A DNA stretch of 64,000 nucleotides from Klebsormidium nitens (Eukaryota > Plantae > Klebsormidiophyceae). Where the stretch lies: positions 1-64,000 of the forward strand of contig DF237413.1 in assembly GCA_000708835.1 (NCBI GenBank), in the 5' to 3' direction. This document shows positions 13,336 to 25,100 of this stretch, one piece after another. The position numbers were made by a program, and so were the translations under genes. A model generated the notes under the pieces. It had not been told where the DNA came from. It made no database searches and saw only the letters and a list, made by a program, of their open reading frames with translations. Every line of letters begins with the position of its first letter. Position 1 is the first letter of the stretch.

Positions 13336-14157
13336 AGATCAGGCCCCACTTTGATCTCCTTACAATGGGACCGTCTGACAATGAGCAAGAGCAAACGGTG
13401 AAAGCGCTTTAGCAGCGGGGCAATGGAAGTCTGGGTCACGTCGTGGGTGATCCGGCCGCCGCGCCACCGCCACCTGTCATTCGCCGGCCGCTTGCCGCGG
13501 TGCTATTGCTAGCGCCCTGCAAGGCGGAGAGATTGCAAAACTGTTTCCCTGCATTGGGCGTTGTGCAAGCGCCGTGTTGTGCTTCTGACGCTGTGCCCCT
13601 TTGCTGATCCTTGACTGAATGATGCAATAATGTGTCCCCAACACCGCTACCCATGCTTCAGCAGTGCACAAATCAGGCTGTCGCCCTATGTCACTACGTG
13701 CTTCTGACAATGGCTCCCTCTATCTGAAGCATGCTCGTTGACTTTGCAAGACTGCGGCGGTTGGAACGCCCCCAGTCAACACCCCGAGGAGTGGCGCTGC
13801 TGTGGTCACCTGTCAGACGCTCTGTGTGAGGAGGCAATTCGGGGGAGGTGACAAGCGCTATGTATCCTGTATGTGATTGTCACATGTGCGAGCTCGTGAT
13901 CCCATGGGCCATAATATATTTGGGAGAGAAAGGTGCGGAGATAGGGCGGGCCCCGTTTGCTGCATCTTCAAGTGCATCTGGTTTCCAACGCAGCCACGTC
14001 CGCCGCGGGCCATGGAGGACAGTTCTTTGCAGGCTGTATTCGCGAGAATGCATAATGCACGTTCGAGATACGCAATGCCGCGTGAGCTCAGCGGTCGTAG
14101 ATATTGTTGAACTGGTTCTAAAACACTGCTAACCCACATGGTTGGGTCATCGATCGA

Positions 14158-15119
14158 GACTCGTGACAGCTCCGAGTCCTCTGAGCTCTCCCGGCCGTCG
14201 TTTCCTCTCGGGACGTTGTGGAAAAGTCGGACTCAGGAGTCAGGAATCAGGATGCCCCGGCCACTGTATCACTGTCCATATTTATTTTACTACCGCTGGG
14301 CCGCGCGTTCTTAATACATCTGTTTTACTACTCACGTTCATGCCCGACACCCGTGCTAGAATCGATACAGTACTTGACGGCTCCGACAGCCAGAGTTGCT
14401 GGGCCCGTCAGGCAGCAGGTTCCTGACTGCAGTCATGAGCAGAGTGACGAGTCAGCTTGGAGAGCTGTAGCTGAGTTCACATGGGGTCACGCGCAAACGA
14501 TCCTGCAAATCACATTCTGATTGGCCGCCGCCCGAATCGTATCTGTCAGAAAATGAATTGCAACGTTCCGAGTTTTGACATCCGTATTGTTCGGACCCCT
14601 GTCTTTAATTTCGAATGGCTGAAGCCCGACGTTCACGTGATCAGCCGCCAGCTGGCAGCGCGAGGGCAGCGCGTGCGCGCCACGCGGTATCAAGTGGCCC
14701 GGGCGGCGGGGATAGCCATCGAACCGTTCGTAAATTCAATGGACGGCTTATGGTGGTCAAAACAAGTCGGGCCTTGTCAGAGACCGGCCCGGGGATTCTG
14801 GAACGTAGCCGGACTCCGGAGTCAGACTCGGAACACAAGTGACTCAGGAGTCGGTCAAGACTCACCGTGCACCGTCACTCACGAGTCACGACTCAAGAAT
14901 CAAGATCCTATCAAGAGTCGAGAAAGAATCTTCAATTTAGCAATAGTAAGCCTTTAGCAAAAGTAAGCTCACCAGTCTGGGACGGGTAGGGTTAGTTTGG
15001 GGGTTAGGGTGGGTTCGGGTGCGGAGCGGGTGTTTTTGTAGGTTAAGTTTTTAGTGTTAGTGTCGGAGCTAATACTAGGTATTGCTAGGGCTCCCGGCTT
15101 ACTGTTGCTAAATTGAAGA
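14158..15119. mobile_element. Putative non-autonomous DNA-transposon/MITE-like repeat region with GACTC/GAGTC arrays and a 24-bp inverted repeat
   Basis: Nine GACTC/GAGTC pentamers in 14812-14919 and four in 14158-14241. Inverted repeat TCTTCAATTTAGCAATAGTAAGCC (14929-14952) pairs with GGCTTACTGTTGCTAAATTGAAGA (15096-15119) with one mismatch. No transposase ORF seen. Confidence 0.4.
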
Positions 15120-16108
15120 GACATCAGTCGAGACCCGGAACTCGATTGAAGTCGGGTTTCGGAACATACCGGTAGGTACTCTAAATCATAATGTACTACC
15201 TACGTACCGGTAGTACCATACCAACCCTACTACCCTGTGAAAAAACCCCCAGGCTGTCCTGAAGAGCCAGCAGAATCCCAGATTGGGATCCAGTATTTCT
15301 GGCGAAATCATGTGCCAATGAAGCAACGGCCGAGGTTAGGACACATGGGCTTCAACAATCCATCACTTTGAAGCTGACGTCTCTGGCGATCGTATCGGAA
15401 TCATCGGATCCGCGACCAAATCCGTCGGGCAACCTGAGGGTGACGGTGTTTGACCTGTCACACCTCAGTGTGGCATCTGCTGGTCATCACCGGTCATTGC
15501 CGTCCGTACACAGACCCGTCCGGCCAGGCCAGTCGACAGCTACTAAGGTGTCCACAGTCCAGTATCCCTCCCTTCAATGCCGCCATGAATTCGGTTCATT
15601 TTTTGGAACTTAAATACGGTATAGTAGTAAGCACAGAGTCAATGAAAGATATCCGGCTCAGTGGCGTGAGTATATGGTAGACTGTAGATTCCGATATGGG
15701 CAGTACCGTGTCCAGTATTAACTCCAACGTTGCATGGTGCCTTCATCATACCGGAAGTGCATGCTCTACGCAAGGCTCAACTTGCCGTGCAAATTAATGC
15801 AATGCCGTTGTCTCCGTCAGGTTGCTTCCATGTCAGAGGAAAACATGGAGTGTCGACTCACCAAAGCTGGATTTTATTACGAGATGTTGCTCATTGTCCG
15901 CACCGGATCGCCTTTCCGTCCATTTGCATTCGCACTAAGCTAGCTAACCTGGTAACGTTCGATTGCCAAGTCCAATGTAAGTGCAAGCTTTGTCCGCACA
16001 AAGAAGCTTTCTATGAGATTGTTAACAGCCTTTGCCGATTCCGACAATACGTGATTCCTTCACCTATGTTTTTCATCAACACTTTGCCTAGAAGGCCCGT
16101 CCTTGGTT

Positions 16109-19100
16109 TCAAGCCTCATCGTCGCTTCCGTCACTGTCGGAGTCGGAGTCCTCGCTCTCCTCCTTGTTGCCTCTGCTGACGTACGAGCTCTTCGCCACAG
16201 AGGTGCGCACGACTGGCTGACGCACTGGTGCTTCCTCTTCCTCTTCCGCCTCTTCCTCCTCTTCTTCCTCTGACACGTCATCCTCGTCGTCAGTTTCTTC
16301 GTCGTCCTCACTTTCTTCCCGCTCGCTGAGCCTCGGTGCTTCCGCGACGGTTCTCTTGACCGCCCGCAGCACCTCGGGGAGTTCGTCCTCCTGAACGGGA
16401 AGAACTCCTGGTTTCAGGCACATCCAGATTGCACGAAAGAGTGCACAAAAGAAACTTCGGCAAAGTGATGAGTTTGGGTCGCCCAAAGCACAAAGCCCAC
16501 ATCAAGTGCACCTCGCACCGGTGATAATGCTCACATAAGGTCGGCTGATCATAGCACTAAGCCGTTTCCCTCTCGTTTACTTCATCGCTAACAGAAAACA
16601 CACTTCCTCGTGGGGTCGGATGACGTCCGCAAACTTTGGAGGGGAACACCAAAAGTATTGCTGCCTCCTCCAGCCGCCATTACCATCCTGGTCTGTCACT
16701 GCACATCACTTTCCATGCTACTTCTCGATAGTCTTTTCAAAAGGACGTTCAGAACCGCTGCCGACGCACCCCGCTTCTAGTTGCTCAGGCGAGAACGGAC
16801 CTCACCGCCCATCACCCCCCGCGGAAAAGTTCTCACCTCGGTCTTTTGCCGGGCGCCCATTGCCTGGATTCTGGACCTCATGTCCCGCGCCTTCGCCCGT
16901 TCGTCCTCCGAGTCGCTCTCTTCCTCGCTCTCCGACTCGAGGGGATCTCTCGCCGCGTCATCATGCTGTTTTGCCGACGTCACGCTGCTGCGCTGCTGCT
17001 TCCCGGCTGACGTCACGCTGGTGTTGCGGGACTTGTTGGTCGCCTGGCTGGTGGTGGCGGCCAGGCTCTTGGGGAAGGAGAGCGGCTCAGCTTCCGGCGA
17101 CCAGGCTGCGGAACCAACGGAAACGGAAACGTGAGAAAGTCCGGAAAGTCCCTTGCTGTAGCACGGAAGTTGATAGGCTCTCGTAGGAGAACCCGCACGT
17201 CTCCAAAGATGCACCTTTGCAGAAGGGGTGATGAAGGCAGCACAGGAAGGTTGAGTGATGATGAAAGCACAGGAGAGCAGAAAGGTGCGACGGGTGAAGC
17301 CACTCAAAGAAGATAGGTGTTGGATTACGTGTCGACTGAATTATGTAGGATTGTGGCAACTCGTAACGCAATAGCCGTTGGTGATTGTAGGCCTCTCATC
17401 AGCCGCGTGACACTCTTGAAAAGTGGAAAAGAACGTGCCCGGGCAGAGAATCACTGCGGAAGGCAGCGCCAGTAAAACGAAGCACGACCCAAACCGCAAA
17501 GATCAGAACGGGGATGAGCAGGGCCCGGTTTGCAAGCCAGCGGTCCTTGGGGCGCCTTTTTCGTGCAAAAGTCAGCACTGGAAGAGGATTTAAGTGACAG
17601 GGTGACGGTCCAAGGATCGCCAGCAGCTGACTACTGTGATTCCCGCGACACAGAATAGTTGAAAAGTCGACAAGAATGAGGAGTACCCAGGCTCGAAGCA
17701 ACACCGCAAGGCAGGGCCCAAAGCCAGAACCCGCCAAATACTCCAATCTACAAGTAAAACGCCAAGAAAGTGCGATCAAGTCGGCTTTCAGCCGACATTC
17801 ACGAAAACCCACGGCGGCCCCCCTGAACGCGGGCCTCGTGAAAGCGGGCCAGCTTACCCGGGGCATCATTCCAGGGAGAGAATGAGCGCGAGGCTGGAAC
17901 AGGATAAGTGACAACCTTGAGACGCGAAGATTGTAGAACCGGGCTGTCGCACCTGAAGCGTCTTTCATGCGCGTAACTCAGCACGAGGAACAGGATTAGT
18001 GACCACGAAAAGCGGGCCAGCTTACCCGGGGCGTCTTTCGCGGGCGCGTTCGTGCCGAGAATGAAACCGTGCACGTCCCGGAGCTCCCTCTCCAGGCTCG
18101 CAATGCGCTCCTCCGCGGTGCGGCCCTTGTCGGCCTTTGGGCTGGCCAGAAGAGCCTGCGGGGAAGAGAAGAACACGGTGAGCAAGCCATTGGTCAATCT
18201 TTTCAAACTATGACAGCTGTATCAACGTTCTTCTTCTGTGCTGCTTACTCGCACGCTAGCTTTTCTGGATTGTTCAGTGAGGAAGCTTTCAAGTGACCGC
18301 AAAAGAGGCGTGAGTTTCAGAGCGGCCAAGGCACTGACTGTCAGCAATCTAAGGTGAGCAACTCGAAAAGCGGCTAAAGCACTGACGGGCAGCAATCTGA
18401 TTTGTGCATTTGGAGGGCGGAGGAGGCAGGTTGTGAGAATGACCGAGGGCGTCAGGGGAGGGCACAGAAGCTCTGTATCAGCCCTTCTCGAAAAGCCGCA
18501 TCTGTTGTCGTGCTTTTTGGAAGATGAACAGGCAGACGGGAAACGCTCAAAGAGCAAAAGCAAAGGCGTCTTAAGCCATCGACACTTGATTCAAGAAGTG
18601 AAGCAGATAAGGGACAACGATTGCCCGCTAACAGTTCCTTGTGTGACACTTCCCCAATAACTACGACTGCCGGCAACCATTCCTTTTTTTCTAGTGACGT
18701 GAACATCTCCAACAATGACAATTGCCCGCATCCATTTCTTCGTGACGCGGCACGTTTCTTTGTGCCACGTGGCACTCGCGGGGGCTGACCTTGAGGCGGC
18801 TCTCGGAGGCGGTGGCGTTGATGCCGGGGCGGAAGGTGCACTCGGCCATTTCGTGCGCGAGCTTCTCCTGCTTCAGCTTCTCGACGCGCTCCGCGATGCG
18901 CGCGCGCTCCACCAGCTGCATCTGGTACCACTGCTCCGGGGTCCTGCACAAAGTAAACGTTGCACCGGGGTTTGAGCATGACCTAACACTTACACCTTCT
19001 GGATCTGCTTTGGTTTGCACCGGGGTGTGAGCATGACCAAATACTTAACCTTCTGGACTTGGTGCCTGAGCTGTGGGAAGGTGTCATTGTGGACTGCTTT

Positions 19101-22100
19101 AAAGTGCAGTTCCAGAAATTAGGTCCAGCATGATTGGCTGAGATCCTTGAAAGCCCCAAACAAAGCGTCGGCCATTGTTGGTCACAATCTGGTCAAGCTT
19201 TGTCTGAAGGCCCTCTTTTCGCGTTCTGATGGGCCGATTGCAACGGCAGCCAACAGCTTCACCACAATCGCAGCTGGTCTGTAACGTGGCAGCAGCTGCT
19301 CTCAAAAGCTCACAGAGGCTGGACAAAGGAGCTTCGAGAGAAGATTAAACAGGCGGATAACGGAGGTTGAAAGGATAAGGAGGAAGCACACGGGAGGCCT
19401 GGGGTGGCACCCACAAAATGAAACTCTACCATAACCATAATGTATTATGATAATATGATTTTCCTGAGACCCATGGGGTTAGGAAGGGGTTGTAGGGTGA
19501 ACACAGGCGAGTTTTCAGATTCTAGCTTAAGCTTCGTTTTGATCATGCCTTGAGCTTATATTAAGCAACTAGAGGGTTCTACTCACAGGTCGGATCGGCG
19601 GCGGCGCTCGGCCATTTCGCGCGACTTCTTGCCCATCTTGTACGCAAAGGTCATGTCCCGGTTGGACCCCCCCGAGCGGTGGCTGTCGGGGAGGAGGTAC
19701 TTGCGGGGCCCCGTCTTGCGCCCGTTCTGCGGCCGTTGGAAGCGCCCGGGTTAGAGGGTGCCAGCAGCAAAAGTTGATCAGGAAAGCAGAGAATGCTGAG
19801 ACAGTCGGAGAGCGGTTGCTTCTAACCTCAAGAGCTTCTTTTTGATCGGTGAAACGACACTTGAACGTTAGCGTTCAGCACCCTCAATAGATGCCGACCT
19901 TATGCTATCCCTTTGCACCATAACCCTCGTACAAATCTGGTCACAGGACGGGATCGCAGATCGAACCGTGTTATTGAGAGGCCGAAAGGACACTTCCGAA
20001 GAATCCCGTGTTGCATGCTGAGGGTTGGATCGTAGACAAGTGGCGGCCGCTGCTTTTGACTTCGTCGCCCCTCCTCCGTTTCTGAGAGAACCAATTGGCG
20101 ACTCGAGATGGGGCCGCACTCCCAATCTTTTGCGTGCCTAGTTCTGCGCTACCCACAAAATCCGGGGACAAAGTTGCCACGTGTCCTTGAAAAATTCGTC
20201 GCGCACTCACCAGTACAGCGGTCATGAGCTCGGTGAACTTGTCGAAGGTGACCACCGGGTCTTCTCCCGCCAGCCTAGTTGCCTCCTGGATGTCCTCCTT
20301 CACCTCGATGTCGAGAGGCTCCAAGTCGGAGGTGGCAAGATCCACGGTGCCGTCCTGTAAGCAGAAAATCGCAAATGACGTCAGACCGGTAAAGCGAATG
20401 GCCGAGTGCCATTGAATGCGTACTGAAGCTGGGTAGCTGAATCCTATGGACTGATTTGCCTGAGCAACGGAAAGGAGACCGGCTGCGTCCAGGTTGGTCC
20501 AAGGACGCCGTTAAATCGCCGAGGTGCTATGCTGACGGCAGCAAACAAAGCCACATCGAGATACAATATAGTGGTGCTTGGAGCTGCCAGTGCGCAACCT
20601 TTTACCATGTCGAAGCACAGAATGGCCAAAACCCCTCGCAAGGGGTACGTCGAAGATTCGTGGAGTCGTATCGGCGGCGGGATTGCGGATCCGCATCCCT
20701 ACTCAACTCTGATATACTCTCATTATCGATACAGAATCGTAACCCCAAAATCATCCCTTCACCAAATGATCGAATGCCAAAAAGCCCAAAACCCCTGATT
20801 TTCCCACCTTGTCCTTGTCGAGGTACTTGAAGATCTGCTGGAAGCGGCGGCCGCGCATGCGGTGGAGCAGGTCGAGCGACGCCTTGTTGACGTACTTTTT
20901 GTTGGCGGCCTCCTCCGCCGCCTCGCGCTCGCGCTCCGCCATGAACTCCTTCTTGTCGCCGAACTCGTGCCGGATGCTGTACAGATACTCGCCCACGTTC
21001 TTGCGCCGCTGCAAAGAAAAATAGAAATGATGACCATCAGAACATGGATCCAAGTTTGCCTTCTGATTGACTTTCAGCAGCTGCTCTTCTTGGTCAGACA
21101 CGTGCCGGACTTTGTATAGGTACTTGCCCACGTTTTTGCGCCGCTGCAGCGATGGTCTGTAAGCGTTAGTGTCAAAAAAACTACAACTGTGCTGAGACCA
21201 AACGAATCGATGTTCTTCTCTGGATCGTTTCCAGAGAGTAAACATCTCTCGTGCAAAAAGGTGTGTAGATTCGCACTCAGAATAATGCGGAACGAGCGAA
21301 AGACTCTAGAGGCCTCATTTTAGTTGCATATATGTGAGAGCGTTTGGTTCTGGTTCTCCGCATCGAGATCTGAAGGGCCTTCCTGGCCAACGCGGTACTT
21401 GTGGTCTTCTTAAAGCAGCCCTCCATACTGAAACCAATTCACCAGCATCTTGAAGCGACATAGCCGTCGCCGCGCGCTCTCAATCTGGGCGGACGTCCTT
21501 TCTGGGTCTTGAACGGTAGCTGGTCAGGCTGCTCAGAACCTGTCTAAATTCGGTTAAGTTTCTGGTCAACAGCAAACAATCGCAAAAGAGTATTGTCCTT
21601 CATCGCCCACCTTGAAGCTGGGCGGACGTCCGATCTGGGGCTTGAACAGCGTGCGTCCGGTGGCTGCGTCCACGGGCTTCTGCAGCTCCGCCTTGAGCTT
21701 GTCGCGCTTGGCCTGGATCTGCTGCGCGGACCGGTACAGCCGGTCAAACAGGTCCGCATCCACCTCCTCGTCCGAATCCGCCTCGGACTTGGATCGGGAC
21801 TTGGTCACACGGTTGGGCTGGAATGTCACGCTGCAAGGATAGGGGGACGGGCTTCAGCTTCGTAATGGGACGAGACTCTCAATAGTTCTCAAGTTGGGTC
21901 ACTTTCTTTCTGTGGGAGCAGCATTCTCGACCTAAAACTCACTTGACTTCGAAGAGACTGCACTGCCTAAATGTTTGCGAAGAGTTGACAGGGATCGCGA
22001 CATTAAGAGTATCAAGTGTATCTCTTTCCAATCTAAACGATGACTTCCTCAGAGGCTTCCAGCATTAGAAGCGGATCCAGAAAGTTGAAGATTCGTGCGC

Positions 22101-25100
22101 ACTTGTAACTCGAGGGAAGAGGTCTAAATCCTTAACGACTTAAGATACGGCCACCAGAACTTAGTTGTTCGATGATGCTGAGCGGCGCAAACAGCTCCTT
22201 CGCAGAACTCCAAGAGGAGATCCCATGAGTAAGCGCTTTAGTATTTAACCCTTTCGCTCCACAACTGCTTAACCGCAACTAATGCAGGGTCACTTTGAGC
22301 ATGTCAGGTTAAGATTCAACATTACTTTACTTTGGCGGAATGCGAAATGGGCTTGTTCGGGACCCCGGTCGGCGCACTGTGGGTGGGTTTAACTGGTGCC
22401 CCATTGCTTGTAACACGGACTTGTTAGTGTGCACGCAATCACTCCTCGGCCTGTGAGGTTTACAGCTTCCTTCAAGAGCGACTTACGAGGAACTGTGAAA
22501 ACGAATCTGCAGGTGTTGCTCAAAGCAAGTCAGCTTTGGTGCCTCTCTCCTCCGGGTACCAGTTGGCGTACTGCGCGTGGCGCTGCTTGAGGGCTTGGCG
22601 TCTACAAACAGCTCCGTCAGACCAGCACAAACAATTGGCAGGAAAGATTGTGAACTGCGTGAAGCGTTTTTGGTGCCTCACTCCTCGGGGTACCAGTTGG
22701 CGTACTGCGCGTGGCGCTGCTTGCGGCGCTGCGCGTCTTGGTGCAGCTGGTCGTAGTGGCTTATGTGGTGCACGCGCAGCACCTCCGCGCGCTCCGCCAT
22801 CAGCGCGCGCGTCTTGCGGTTCAGCGCGGGGGCGAACGTGCACTCCGCCAGCTTCGCCTCCTCCAGCTGCGTAAAACCGGGTTAACAACGGGGTTTAGTG
22901 GTCGATACTAGGGTCAATTGAGAAATTGAGGAGATCTACAGCATTATTGAGACTGGGCTGTGCTTTGTCATTAGCGCGCGCTTTTTGCCGTTCAGCGCCT
23001 GCGCAAACGTGCACTCCGCCAGCTTCCCCTCCTCCAGCTGCGGAAACCGAATTAGCAGCCAGGTTTTAGAACGGATAACAGAACAACTTGAAATAGATTC
23101 AAAGAAGGAAAAGTACTCGGCTTTCTCAGCCAGCTTCATCCCCAAGGTGCAAGAAGATGTTAACAACGGATTTGCAACTGGATAATAGGGTGACTCACGT
23201 GGCTTCACAGAGATATCCAAAGCTGGCTTCGCTCTGCGAGCTTCGCCTCTCCTAGCTGTGCACCAAGTAGCAGCTCACTTGGTGAAAGAGCCTGAACATG
23301 GGGACCTCTTACGAAGCCCTCTTACAAGCACGCGGATTTGAAACCGTGCCGCCAAAAGCCTCACTCACCAGCCACTATTATAGCTAATTTCATGACCAGC
23401 TCAATGGACCGCAAATCAGATAGCAGCCGACCGTCTCGCTGTGACCCTTAGTCAAAGAAACAACGGGCTCGATGCTGGCGCGTCTCACATTGACATTACA
23501 CAAGAAGGAGCAACCGTCTGCCTGAAGCTTAAGCTTCAATTCTGGCTAACGACGGTCTGCGACAGCAATTTCGCAAACATGAACGGGCAACGGTCAGGTA
23601 TTACGACAGCCCTATTTTCGAAACGCAATCAGATTTCTCACCTGGCTTTTGAGCTCCGCCAGCTTCTTCTGCTTGTTTGTTGGCGCGGCCGCCAACCGGC
23701 TCCACGGAACGTCGTCGGGCCGTTTCATTGACTTGGCCAGGTGGCTGCAAGGGAGAGGTCTGTCTTGAGTTTGCTCCGCAGGAGAAGAGGGCTTTGTTCC
23801 TTTCTCGGATGCTTTCCTCGACACTTTGCACACAGTCAAAGTCGAGCAAACAAGCAATTTATCCTCTCTTCCGCGTCTTCTTCGTAGTCCAAAGAATCAA
23901 CAAAACACGACTCCAGCCATCGTTAGAAATAAACGGAAAGGCTGCCGAAAGCAGAACTTGCTCAACGTTCATCGTTGCCCTAGGTACTCGCGAAAGTTTC
24001 GCATGCAACTGTGAAGCGTACTGCGAAAAGCTGTAAAGGACGACTAACCACCGCACCAGATGCCGGACTTAAGCATCTCCTTGTGCGTCTTCTCGTTTCT
24101 GCTCTCCAGAATTCATTAAAACCTCTGAGCCCAAGATTCTACAACCTAAAGTCTTCGAACCCAAACTTTTTGAGTTCAGTCTTGGATTCTAAGAGTTGAA
24201 CATGACGTCATCAAACCCAAAACCGCCGCATGCATCTCTTTGACCTCGAACTCTGCGAGCGTAAAATCTTCGGACCGAGAGCCCAGATACTCACAGATCT
24301 CCAAACCCCTCCATATTCCCAAAGATCTGCAAAAATAGTAGATTTCCCGTCACCTGATCTCGGGCTTGAGCGTGAGTCCCTGCACTTCCTTTTGCGCCTC
24401 CTCCGCGCGCTTCTGCTCCGCCAGCTTGCGCCGCTGCTCCGCCTGGATCTTGCCCTCCACGTACAGCAGCTCGCCGTAGTTCTCGTACTCCTTGGCCGTG
24501 CGCCCGCGCATCATCTCCTCCGACTTCTGCACGGGGGGACAGAATAGGCAAATGTTGAACTGCTTTTGTTTTTCCCAAAGCCCCTCTAGCGTTGCTCCAA
24601 TTCAGGAGCATATATTGATCTTCTACCTCCTGGCCGTGCGGGTGCGCATCATCTCCTCCGATTTCTGCACGGGGCAGAGAATACTGAGACGTCACTGCAT
24701 TAACTTGAATGCGAATGCCTCTAAAGCTCACTACGGTTAACGAAAGTTTGTAGTGCTCGCACTCTTGGGCTGTGCGACCTTACACCTTTTCCTTGGGGTT
24801 CTGCGTGTGGGGCAGACGAAGGCTGTAGTTTCTCATGAACATGTTGACCATACATCCCTACTCAGATGGTGCCTTCATGTGGTTTGCAGAAATAGCAGTC
24901 CAGCGTGGTTCTCGTGGCTCTTTCGGATTTGAGGGCGTTCAAAGCGGAAGATACGCACTCCAGAACCGCGAATTGAGGTCGTTATAACATGGAAAAGAAG
25001 CAGTTCAGCGTTCGAACTCGGCCGTACCTTGGAGATCTTGACCTTCTGCCGCCCGATCGCCTCCTGCTTGGCTTGCTCCAGCTTGCGCTTCTCCTCTTCC

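Noticed and set aside
14481-14957. 158-aa ORF inside the repeat-rich region as a possible transposase
   Set aside because: No DDE/DDD, zinc-finger or dimerisation motifs were recognisable, and it ends within the inverted repeat.
14984-15030. Interstitial telomere array
   Set aside because: Only one exact TTAGGG and irregular G-tracts; kept only as a G4-like spacer.
16200-16330. GAG/GAC-type trinucleotide runs as microsatellites (also 16900-16940 and 26900-27200)
   Set aside because: They encode acidic low-complexity protein segments in the exons of the large minus-strand gene.
18962-19057. ~54-bp intronic tandem duplication next to the 18943 acceptor as a splice echo
   Set aside because: The repeat is real, but similarity to the exon start is only ~10 nt and no AG is copied, so it was not counted as an echo.
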